DNA of 37,367 nt from Barthelona sp. PAP020. Its lineage: Eukaryota. Where the stretch lies: contig JARQWU010000076.1 of the NCBI GenBank assembly GCA_040182905.1, forward strand, positions 1-37,367, given 5' to 3'. The notes under the pieces are model-generated. The model ran no database searches, was not told the DNA's origin, and saw only the letters and a list, made by a program, of their open reading frames with translations. How positions within the stretch are numbered: position 1 is the first letter of the stretch; each line of letters opens with the position of its first letter. The translations under genes were made by a program, and so were the position numbers. This document shows, piece by piece, positions 1 through 9,321 of this stretch.

Positions 1-144
1 TTTGGTAGGATAGAAAAACTCGATCAATTTATGAATTTGTATTTAATAGATGCGGAAGAAAAAGATGTTAAATCAGGAGAAGTTAAAAAATTGGGAAGAA
101 TTCTGTTAAAAGGTGACGCAATCGCGGCAATTTCGGAAAATTGA
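1..144 (+). CDS. SNRPE: Sm-family snRNP core protein, SmE-like (3' part only; 5' end lies outside the window)
   Basis: Not in the ORF track. Frame 1 reads FGRIEKLDQFMNLYLIDAEEKDVKSGEVKKLGRILLKGDAIAAISEN-TGA. It has Sm1 (D.FMNL.L.DAEE) and Sm2 (LGRILLKGD.I) motifs, closest to SmE. Confidence 0.8.
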   Translation, partial: FGRIEKLDQFMNLYLIDAEEKDVKSGEVKKLGRILLKGDAIAAISEN

Positions 145-402
145 TCATTATGCACAGATAATATATTCATTAGGAAATTATTTTTTCATTTAGAAATGTT
201 TAAAAGAGCTGTTAGTTCCTTTTTTTTCTTTTTTTTTTTGAAACAATTTATTAGTAAAGTTTTTTTTCTTTATTATTTCATTAATAATTCATTGAATTCA
301 GCTGAAAAGCTTGTATGTTCAAATTAAAAAGGGAAAAAAAAATTGCAGAATTCAATCAATTTATCTGGTAAATCATAATTTAAAGCTAATAAAATATATC
401 AT

Positions 403-933
403 TTAAATCCAACTGATAGCTCCGGATTCCATTGGTCTTTCTTCATAGTCGTTTTCAATGTCTTCTTTCATTTGGGTAAGATATTGAATGCTGCCTCTAA
501 TCTTAAACAAAGAAGGCTCTACAATAATATCACTTATAGTGGTAATTGCAACACCATTTTCTGTATCAATTTTTTCATCTTCGGTTTCTTTGTAATGACA
601 TTCAATTCTTTGAGGTCCCATACCCAAAACTAATGTTTGTTGAGCATGATGTGGTTGTTGTGCTATTGTTAATGGAAGAATTTCACCTTTAAAAGGACGA
701 AAGACTATTGCCTTAAAAGAACAAGAATATAAAGTCTCACCATAGTAAGCAAGGCAAAATCCATCGCTAATTTCAATTCCTTCATCTAAAATCATTATAA
801 TCCAACCGACATTTACAAAAAGTTTGCCTTCTTTCTCTCTTCTCAATTTTTTAATAATAGTTTCCTTATATTTCTTATCCAGTTCATTTGGTTTCAAAGT
901 TATATCGTGAGATAGATTCAATACAAAAAACAT
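403..933 (-). CDS. RPB7: RNA polymerase II subunit RPB7-like
   Basis: The N-terminus MFFVLNLSHDITLKP and the FKAIVFRPFKGEI motif are typical of RPB7. The C-terminal S1 region is divergent. Confidence 0.8.
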   Translation of the reverse strand: MFFVLNLSHDITLKPNELDKKYKETIIKKLRREKEGKLFVNVGWIIMILDEGIEISDGFCLAYYGETLYSCSFKAIVFRPFKGEILPLTIAQQPHHAQQTLVLGMGPQRIECHYKETEDEKIDTENGVAITTISDIIVEPSLFKIRGSIQYLTQMKEDIENDYEERPMESGAISWI

Positions 934-1079
934 GATGGCAAAAAAAAAAAAAATGTGCTTTGAATATTTTTGTTTTTATAAAGATTAAAAGTAAGAAAAG
1001 AAACTCACCTTATCAATACATATGTAAAAACTTTAGTTATTAAAAAGAACAAAAAAAAAAGAGATTGAAATTTTTCACT

Positions 1080-2309
1080 TTACGAAATTTCAGTTTCTGT
1101 GATAAAATTTTGATCTTTTAACCAAAAAACCAAAGAACTCTTAATTCTTTGATAGAAAAATGAATTTCCTCTGGATCTTGAAAAAACAATTTTGGAAAAG
1201 CAAGTTTCATGCTCATAAAAAAATATAAGAATCGATGTTTCAATTTTTTCATCTGCAAAATCTAAAACAACGAAAGGATTCACAAATTCTTCATCAACAG
1301 CAACATTCTTCAAAAAACGTGATTGATTGTCTTTGTAAAAATGAATCCTCTCAATAAACTCATTGAAAGATAATTTTGTTAAAAAATCACTTGAAATTTT
1401 CAAGGAGACCCTTGTTTTCAAAGAATCAATTGTCCGTTGAACACCCATCAAAACTCTCAGATCTTCATTGACTCCTAGGTTCACCAATTGTTTATTGTCA
1501 TGATTTTCAAGAATATTTACAGTTTCAACGTTTCGAATTTGTTTAAATAAATCATCTTTCAAAACATCTTCAATACAAGGTCTTAAAAGAAAATTAGGAT
1601 TCAGCATTCTTCTGATTAAACGTCGACATTGCTGTGGGATCAAACTTTCATCATAAGTTCCATTGTTCATAAGGATCAAAGTATCAAATGTAAGTTTGGG
1701 ATTGAATGGATACTTCTTTGCTAGGCAGGTAAAAAATAAGACGCCTAATGCCCATATATCAACCTTTTTGGCATCATATTGTCCACCGTTATTAATGAGC
1801 TCAGGTGCCATATAACCTGATGTGCCAAGAATTGTGTGATTATCATAAGAAGAGTCATATGACTTCGCAAACCCTAAATCAGCCAATTTAGGAATGCTTT
1901 TTTCATCTAATAAAATGTTTTCTAACTTTATATCACGATGACAACAATTTCGAAGATGTATGTGTTCAATAGCACAACAAATTTGATATAAAAAGGAAAT
2001 TATTTCGTTAATTTCAAAAGTTTCTTCCATAATATAATCAAATAACGTTCCTTTCGAACAGTATTCCATAATAATATAATAATAATTCCTTGATTTCAAA
2101 ACAACTTTTAACTCAACAATATTAACATGATTAAAAGTTTTTAACATTTCCATTTCTTTTAAAATTGTTCCTTCAACATCATTTTTAAGAGGTATTTGTT
2201 TCATTGCGAATTCTTCTTTTGTTTCTTCATCTACAACTAAATAGACTTTTCCTTGGCATCCAGTTCCTATTAAACTGGTTTTAATATATTTTCCAACCTT
2301 TTTAGCCAT
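1080..2309 (-). CDS. Ser/Thr protein kinase, CAMK group (SNF1/CIPK/Chk1-like)
   Basis: Contains the GTGCQGKV loop, FAMK, HRDIKLEN, DLG, GTSGYMAPE and DIWALGV motifs. The C-terminal FSRSRGNSFFYQRI resembles a KA1-type tail. Confidence 0.9.
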   Translation of the reverse strand: MAKKVGKYIKTSLIGTGCQGKVYLVVDEETKEEFAMKQIPLKNDVEGTILKEMEMLKTFNHVNIVELKVVLKSRNYYYIIMEYCSKGTLFDYIMEETFEINEIISFLYQICCAIEHIHLRNCCHRDIKLENILLDEKSIPKLADLGFAKSYDSSYDNHTILGTSGYMAPELINNGGQYDAKKVDIWALGVLFFTCLAKKYPFNPKLTFDTLILMNNGTYDESLIPQQCRRLIRRMLNPNFLLRPCIEDVLKDDLFKQIRNVETVNILENHDNKQLVNLGVNEDLRVLMGVQRTIDSLKTRVSLKISSDFLTKLSFNEFIERIHFYKDNQSRFLKNVAVDEEFVNPFVVLDFADEKIETSILIFFYEHETCFSKIVFSRSRGNSFFYQRIKSSLVFWLKDQNFITETEIS

Positions 2310-2628
2310 TTAATTGAAAAAAATAGATACATCTTCAAAATTTTCATACTAGCCATTTTTACATTTGTTAAAATTTTTTCCATTTTTCATTATTTTCTCA
2401 TGTGAAGTCTTTTTAGAACCTTTTAGACTATTTTTGAAAACCAAAAGATGAAAAAGGAAAGTACCAAAATAATATTCCATTGTTTCTTCAACAAATCATC
2501 TTCACAATAATTTAATAAGTTAATTAATTATTCTTCATTTACAAAAAAAATAATAATAAATAAATGCAGGCAAAGAAAAAACAAAATTAAATAAATACAA
2601 TTTTACAAGTCATTCATCATTCATATTT

Positions 2629-5600
2629 TTACGAAATAGTCTGTGTGCTATTTTTTATTGAAAATATATTTCTTTGGGTATTATTTTCCTTAGTTATTTC
2701 TAAATCAATATCTTCTCTATTATAATATCCATAAAATTGAATAATGGGATTAATCACATCATCATCTCTAACATTTTTACGAAACCTTAAAGAAAAATTT
2801 AGGTCTGGAGGTTTTGTAATATCAACAAAACCAGTAAATATTTTGTATAAGGCAAAAACTTCATCACCCTGTTTACTTAACCAAATTATTTCATCAGAAA
2901 CATTATTGTTTGAGTATATATGTGAACTACAACCTGCTTTTCCATCAAAAAAAATTTGAACATCCTTGTAACATTGCATGTGGATATGAAATAAAACGCA
3001 GATATGCAACAACTTTTTTCTTTCACCTTTATGATCATTAAAGTCAAAGTTGAATTCGAATTCGAATGGATACGATAAATTGGTGGATTTTTTAGTTTTG
3101 CAAAAATCACTATCAGATTCAAGATCACAGCCAACATTAAACTTAAAAAGAGAAGCATTTGGTATTCCAATTGAAAAATAACCATTTTTTCTTTCGCTAA
3201 ACAATGAATTTAACGCTTTGGATTGTAAAACATTCAGAGGACAGATCAATAGAATATTGTCACTTTCAACTTGATAAGCATTTCTGTGAACATCACATGT
3301 TGTATTAACACAAGAATATGAATGAGCAAAGCTTGAACCATTAATTGAAAATACTGAATAAATATCTTTGAAGCAATTCCAGGTCTTTAAAATGTTAAAA
3401 TCTTCATCATCAATGTCATTTCCTGAAAAATAAAGGCTACAATTTCCACTTAACATAAATGATGTGTTATGTGGATAGCTTGGCCTCAATAAGTCATGTC
3501 CCTCCAGTTTCTGCATTCCATTGATGTACAAATTTAACAAAATACGGGGATTAATTTGAATCTTGTTAGGACTACCCGGATCAATACTGAAACAACCATC
3601 AATCATGCTGTAAAAATGTTTTGTGACTCTGAAAAAATTAAGTTTCGAACCTTCGCAACGACAATCAAAAGAATAATAGGGAATTTCTATATAATAAGAA
3701 TTTTCAACTTTAATGACTTTTAACAAATAATTTAAACATCTTTTTGATGTCAAAAGATTCAAAATTGAATAAAAATGACAACCCTTGTTGTGGATTGATT
3801 CCTTTTGAATCACAATGTCATTGGAAAAAGTCAAGTCAAAGATGACCCACGAATCAACATCAAAACCAGCAATTTGTCTGAATTTCTGAGCCGTAAAAAA
3901 TGGGTATTCTGATGAATCAACAAATGTTGATGTTGATGAATTTGAACTGAAAGTTCGGTTTAATGCATCCAAATTTGAAGGAGAAACAATTGATGAAGAA
4001 GATGACTCACTATTCACATCATCAAAACCCAAATTTGGATTAGTAAGAGCATTGATATCACGAGTTTCGCAGTTATCTCCACATTTACTCAAACCAGACA
4101 CATCGAATAACTCACGTATGCAGAAATAATCATCAAAAAAATTCTGTACTTGTTTTTGAACATCATCAATAATGTGTAATAAGGTTTTTGAAAAAACTTC
4201 TACCTTCTCCACCGTATCTTCTTCTAATCTCTCCATTGTGTCTTCTTCTACTTTCTTTTCTATTATGTCTTTTTCTAATCTCTCCACCGTGGTTTCTTGT
4301 GATCTCATCATTGTGTGTTCTTCTGCTTTATTCTCCATCATATCATGTTTTATCATCTTTGGAAAGATATTTTTTTCATTATCGTAGCATTTTCTTAAAA
4401 AATCAACGATGTCAATATCAACATTTAATTTGAATAGCTGTAGCAAAATCAAATGATTGTTAAGAGAATATTTAAACAATAAGCTAATTGGAATCAAAAT
4501 CAAGAGGAAAGTAAACAGAACAAACCATAACACTTTGTCTTTACTGATTAAAAACCAACAATTCAAAGAAAATAAACATCCAAATATTAACATAAGTAAA
4601 TGCAAATATTTTGAAACATCTTTTGTTGAAATTTGATTGAAATCAGTTGCAATAGATGGTACTGTTAAGATTGAAAAAACATCTTTTGAAAAAAAATATT
4701 TCATATCATTAATTTTGGGTAATTGAACAATACAAATGATGAAGATAGGGAAAATGAACAATAACAAAACCAAACTGATAGCATAAAAGTTGCCTTCACC
4801 TTGATTGTAGATGGTAAAAATCAATATTATAGCTAAAATGAAAAAAATTCCACAAAACCAAAGATAACCAGAATTGAATTTCTCTTCATTGTCTTTGGTA
4901 CGATACAAATGAAAGTCTTGAGTATAAGCATAAAAGAATGCGAGAATAAATAAATTAATAATCAAGGTAAAAACAACAGTTGACGCACGAAACAAAAAAT
5001 CATTTGAAAAAAATGAACTGACAAAATAACTAAGAATACAAGTGAATACTGTTATTATGCTAAACATAATAATAAAACTCTTTGATTTGAATTGAAAATT
5101 GCTAATCTTTTTAAACCATAACCATAAAAACATATAAATATCAAATAAAACAATAACTAATAAATAAAAGTTTAACAATAAAGAATCTTTAACAAAAAAA
5201 TGTTGAAATATATATGTAACAAATAAATTTGCAAACATACTCAACCGAACACATTTAAAATTAAAAAAATAACTTTTTGATTCATAGATTGGTTTGACAT
5301 ATAACAGTAACGGCAAAAAATTGATGAACATCAAAAAAACATTAAACAAAAGAAATAATCCTGCTAAAGGCGTTGTATCCCATACACATAAAATAATACC
5401 TATAAAAATGCTAATAAGAACTAAACAACAAATTAAATACTTAGGACTAACTAAATATGCATCTTTTTCATTTTCACCTGTTTTAAATGAAATATCTTTT
5501 GATTTATGGGTTTCTGCCACATATCTATGTAAATCTAAAGTATAAAAATCATTGTTAGCAGTGTTATTCATCCTTGAAAAATACGTCTCAAATAAATAAA

Positions 5601-7008
5601 ATGATTTAACTAAAAGGAAAAAACAACAGAAAAAAAAAGGTATGAAAGCAACATAAATGGTAACAATCTTTGAAGAAGTCACCCAAAAACAAAAGCCTGA
5701 ACTAAACAATAATACTAAGATAAAAAGTACTACTTTCCAAACTTCCAATTCGATTATTTCATTGAATTTTTGCAAATGATAACAAACATATGTGCAAACT
5801 ATTGTTAATATAAAGAAAATTAAAAAGCAAAAGAAAAAATCGAATTGTGCATGATGATTCTCTTGCATCTTGATTAATTTCAAGGAAAAAGAAAAGCTTG
5901 TTAGATTTAGCTTATCGATCAATCCTAAAAAGAACAAAGAAATCAATTCACCACAAGTAAATACAAGCAAAATTTTCCCCCAAGTGCTGAAATGTAAATT
6001 AAATAAAGATGAGGTAAAAGAATGAGAATTACTGTCAATCAATGGAAGTGTGTTATCATATGTGAAACTGGTATTTGTATTATGATTTGTTGTTGTAACA
6101 TCAGTATCAATATCATTAGTGGTAACAGTCACTTTCGAAACAATATAAAATGTTAAAATGATAAAGAGGATAAAACTGTTCATTAACAACCAATAATCTT
6201 GCGGAACCAAAAGCATAGGAATTCTTGGAATTCCAAAAATTATATATTTAAACAGTGGCCAATCAATAAATATGGCTGAATTTAAATTGGTCAAGTCATA
6301 CAACATTAAAGTAAAAATTTTCAATATATTAACACCTGGATGAACCATTAAATCATTAGAAAAGAAACACTCACATGTGAAAAGTATTACAACTAATACT
6401 ATATATATCACAACACAAGTAAACAAACTGAAAGAATTGTTTTCAAGAAACTTTGCTAAAAAATATGTGTGAGAATCACAATCAACCAAAAAAGGCTCTT
6501 TATTCACTTTATTCACCTTATTATTCATTCTTTTACACTTTTTTTTTCCTAAATCTGAATCAATATCTTCAAAATCATATTGATCAACAAGAGGTGCTTT
6601 GATTTTAATCTTTGAAGCAAAAAATATAGGTATAAACAAAATGGTTGATGATATAGTGTTTAGTAAATTTTGGATAGAAATTATTTCATAAATAATATAC
6701 CATACAAATATAGATGACAATATTAACACAATTTTCTTAAAACTTTGAAAGCAAAAAAGCCAATCATTAGTGAAAAATACTTGCATACACAACATCAAAG
6801 GAAATATTAAATAAACCTTTTCAATGTCTGCTTTAAACACAAAAATAATTATTACTAATAATATTAATAACAGCCATAATGCTGCAAATATAAATATTTT
6901 TAATATCTTTGTCAAAAAATCTTTCTTTTCAACAAAAGAAATTAAAAAAGAATACATAAGATATAAAAACACGACAAATCCCCAATAACAAGCTATCAAA
7001 ACATTCAT
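2629..7008 (-). CDS. Large multi-pass membrane protein with a divergent C-terminal calpain-like (CysPc) domain (DEK1-like architecture)
   Basis: The first ~850 aa are stacked hydrophobic helices. The C-terminal part has calpain-like motifs in the correct order: DIVIQ..GCHFYSIL, INGMQKLEG, AHSYS, LLICP and NGYFSI. Confidence 0.6.
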   Translation of the reverse strand: MNVLIACYWGFVVFLYLMYSFLISFVEKKDFLTKILKIFIFAALWLLLILLVIIIFVFKADIEKVYLIFPLMLCMQVFFTNDWLFCFQSFKKIVLILSSIFVWYIIYEIISIQNLLNTISSTILFIPIFFASKIKIKAPLVDQYDFEDIDSDLGKKKCKRMNNKVNKVNKEPFLVDCDSHTYFLAKFLENNSFSLFTCVVIYIVLVVILFTCECFFSNDLMVHPGVNILKIFTLMLYDLTNLNSAIFIDWPLFKYIIFGIPRIPMLLVPQDYWLLMNSFILFIILTFYIVSKVTVTTNDIDTDVTTTNHNTNTSFTYDNTLPLIDSNSHSFTSSLFNLHFSTWGKILLVFTCGELISLFFLGLIDKLNLTSFSFSLKLIKMQENHHAQFDFFFCFLIFFILTIVCTYVCYHLQKFNEIIELEVWKVVLFILVLLFSSGFCFWVTSSKIVTIYVAFIPFFFCCFFLLVKSFYLFETYFSRMNNTANNDFYTLDLHRYVAETHKSKDISFKTGENEKDAYLVSPKYLICCLVLISIFIGIILCVWDTTPLAGLFLLFNVFLMFINFLPLLLYVKPIYESKSYFFNFKCVRLSMFANLFVTYIFQHFFVKDSLLLNFYLLVIVLFDIYMFLWLWFKKISNFQFKSKSFIIMFSIITVFTCILSYFVSSFFSNDFLFRASTVVFTLIINLFILAFFYAYTQDFHLYRTKDNEEKFNSGYLWFCGIFFILAIILIFTIYNQGEGNFYAISLVLLLFIFPIFIICIVQLPKINDMKYFFSKDVFSILTVPSIATDFNQISTKDVSKYLHLLMLIFGCLFSLNCWFLISKDKVLWFVLFTFLLILIPISLLFKYSLNNHLILLQLFKLNVDIDIVDFLRKCYDNEKNIFPKMIKHDMMENKAEEHTMMRSQETTVERLEKDIIEKKVEEDTMERLEEDTVEKVEVFSKTLLHIIDDVQKQVQNFFDDYFCIRELFDVSGLSKCGDNCETRDINALTNPNLGFDDVNSESSSSSIVSPSNLDALNRTFSSNSSTSTFVDSSEYPFFTAQKFRQIAGFDVDSWVIFDLTFSNDIVIQKESIHNKGCHFYSILNLLTSKRCLNYLLKVIKVENSYYIEIPYYSFDCRCEGSKLNFFRVTKHFYSMIDGCFSIDPGSPNKIQINPRILLNLYINGMQKLEGHDLLRPSYPHNTSFMLSGNCSLYFSGNDIDDEDFNILKTWNCFKDIYSVFSINGSSFAHSYSCVNTTCDVHRNAYQVESDNILLICPLNVLQSKALNSLFSERKNGYFSIGIPNASLFKFNVGCDLESDSDFCKTKKSTNLSYPFEFEFNFDFNDHKGERKKLLHICVLFHIHMQCYKDVQIFFDGKAGCSSHIYSNNNVSDEIIWLSKQGDEVFALYKIFTGFVDITKPPDLNFSLRFRKNVRDDDVINPIIQFYGYYNREDIDLEITKENNTQRNIFSIKNSTQTIS
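4195..4345 (-). repeat. Short degenerate coding tandem repeat in the linker of the membrane calpain
   Basis: The peptide TVERLEKDIIEKKVEEDTMERLEEDTVEKVE repeats internally. The DNA repeats TTCTAATCTCTCCA twice and has related (T)CTTCTTCTA units. Confidence 0.5.
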
Positions 7009-7160
7009 TTAAAAAAAAAAAGAAAAACTCCTCATGTTTTCTCTTTTTTTTGGCAAAATTTTCCCTAATAATAATGATAACCATATGTTAATTTGAAAAA
7101 TGACAAAAAATTCATAAATTTACAAAATTACAACAGGCTTCATAATTTTTGATCGTGCAA

Positions 7161-9098
7161 TCAATTCAATTTGAAGCCCTCTTCATCGGAATCTTCAGGG
7201 ACAATTGGACCATAATCATCGATTTTAAAGCCAAAAAATGATTGATCATTTTTCTCAACATCCACGTCCATTTTCATATTCAGCACAAACTCATTTCTCA
7301 TATGGTTTACAATTTGGGATCTCTTCAAAAATAATTCCATTAACAAATCTCTCTGTCTACTTGTTAATCTTGACATTATCTCCATATTAGTATTTTCGTA
7401 TTTTACAGCATCGTTGTTGGCGAATTGTTTGGATTGATACTCCTGTAATACTCGTCTGGTAACATTTACACAATCCATAAAGAAATCAATGAGCATGTTT
7501 CTCCTTAATTTCAGACGTTCATTGTAACAACGTACTCTTCGCAGATTAGTACGTTCAATACCCAATAACTCAGAAGTTTTAGTGATAGAATTTCTGATCA
7601 ACAATTCAGATTGAGTTCTTGATATTTCTTCATTCAGTTTTCTCGCATCAACATTTGGGTCTTCATCCAATATTTCCTGTAACTCTTTCGAAATATTCTT
7701 TGGTGAATGCATCATAGAAGGATCTGTGTGTTGGAAATAATTCCTTGGATCTCTAACATCGTTATTTCTTGGTGTATTCAATCTTGTTGATCTAGTTGTT
7801 GAATTCTTGTAATCTTTAAAACCTCTTGAAGAACGGGAACTTCTAGGCGTTTTTCGCACAGATCTACTCGTAGCAAGTCCAGATCGAGCTGTATTAACTG
7901 TGGATTCAAGACCAAATTGCTGAAAATTTTGTCTTTCAGAAGTCATTTCAGATAGCCGTAAATTCTCCTTCTTTAATTCTCGACAAATTTTTTTGTTTTC
8001 TTCACAAGTTTTTATTTGCATCTGAAGATACTTCTTTGTCTCTTCGTTATGGATCTTTAAATTCTCCAATTCATCTTTTAAATCCTCAATAGACTGAATT
8101 AAAACATCTTGTTGAGATTCGTATCTAGCCCTCGAAGTGTCCAGTTGCTTTACAGTTTTATCAATTGTTGAATGCTCTTGCTTTCCAGAACTTATCCTTT
8201 TTGTCTTGGCATTAAACGCTTTCTTTGCTAATTCTTGTTGTCTATTTCCTAAGTTAGGCATTTTGACCAAAAAATCACCCATCTTATCTACAATAGAATG
8301 AGCTACTTTCCATAAATCACTCAAATCCGAAGGATCTTTGACAGTACGAGCTTGATGTTGATGATTGTTCGATCCAGTGGATATTATGTGCACCGAAGAA
8401 CGTAGAAAATTTCTCAATTCATCTCTTTCTTTCTGAATCGCCTTTAAACGTCTCCCATAACTAGATATACGTTTCTTTAATTCATGTTTTCGAAAATAAA
8501 TCGCATTATTCAATAAGTGCTCATTTTGTCGCATATCCTGTAAAGCTCGTAATTTGGTGTAATAATTTGCACTGGAAAAATTTGTTAAATGGGGCGTTAG
8601 AGGCCGACTTTTACTTGATCCTTTACCAGCATACAATGGATCATTTTGTAGTTTGTAAATTTCAGAACCTTCAACACTTTGATTAAATGGAAACGGAAAA
8701 TTGGGGTTCTTTTCATCACCTTTGTTTTGAGAACTTCGACCAGTATTCAACAGCGATTTCTCTTCCTCAAAATTATCATCATCAAATTTGTTCATGTATT
8801 CTTCCAATCCCAAATGAATATAATCATTTGAAATACCTACAGAAGATAGTGATTCGTTGGAATTAATTCCTAATGCGCCAGGCATCTTTTTAGCTATGCC
8901 TTTTCCATAAACATCCAATTGCTTTCTTAATTCAGCATGTGTATATTCGTAATTCTTTTTTAAGCTGGTCATTTCAAAATTTAGCCAATCATTACCCTTC
9001 TTGAAGCCTCTATCTTGTTGAAAAAATTGAATTGATTTTTCTTCTTTCTTTCCAATCATTGTTTTTATCATTTGAACATTTCCTTTGTAGATGATCAT
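7161..9098 (-). CDS. Hypothetical coiled-coil protein (possibly cytoskeletal or basal-body associated)
   Basis: 645-aa ORF with heptad-rich segments and an S/R/T-rich linker. The C-terminal DFFMDCV...LTSRQRDLLMELFL weakly resembles BBOF1/CCDC176-like tails. The start could be a downstream Met. Confidence 0.65.
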   Translation of the reverse strand: MIIYKGNVQMIKTMIGKKEEKSIQFFQQDRGFKKGNDWLNFEMTSLKKNYEYTHAELRKQLDVYGKGIAKKMPGALGINSNESLSSVGISNDYIHLGLEEYMNKFDDDNFEEEKSLLNTGRSSQNKGDEKNPNFPFPFNQSVEGSEIYKLQNDPLYAGKGSSKSRPLTPHLTNFSSANYYTKLRALQDMRQNEHLLNNAIYFRKHELKKRISSYGRRLKAIQKERDELRNFLRSSVHIISTGSNNHQHQARTVKDPSDLSDLWKVAHSIVDKMGDFLVKMPNLGNRQQELAKKAFNAKTKRISSGKQEHSTIDKTVKQLDTSRARYESQQDVLIQSIEDLKDELENLKIHNEETKKYLQMQIKTCEENKKICRELKKENLRLSEMTSERQNFQQFGLESTVNTARSGLATSRSVRKTPRSSRSSRGFKDYKNSTTRSTRLNTPRNNDVRDPRNYFQHTDPSMMHSPKNISKELQEILDEDPNVDARKLNEEISRTQSELLIRNSITKTSELLGIERTNLRRVRCYNERLKLRRNMLIDFFMDCVNVTRRVLQEYQSKQFANNDAVKYENTNMEIMSRLTSRQRDLLMELFLKRSQIVNHMRNEFVLNMKMDVDVEKNDQSFFGFKIDDYGPIVPEDSDEEGFKLN

Positions 9099-9321
9099 CC
9101 TAAAATTTTCGTGTTCTCTTTTTTTTGAAGAAGTGTTTTTGGATTTTTTTAAATATGCTTAATTATTTGTTTCAACTCACAATCAGTTTACACACATAAA
9201 CTTCTTAGTTGCTATTTACTATTCTGCGCCCTAAAAAATAATGAAAATCAATATTAAACAGAAATCAACAAGAAAACTACATACATATTTATGGTTATCA
9301 TTTTTTCAACAAAGTAAAAGG

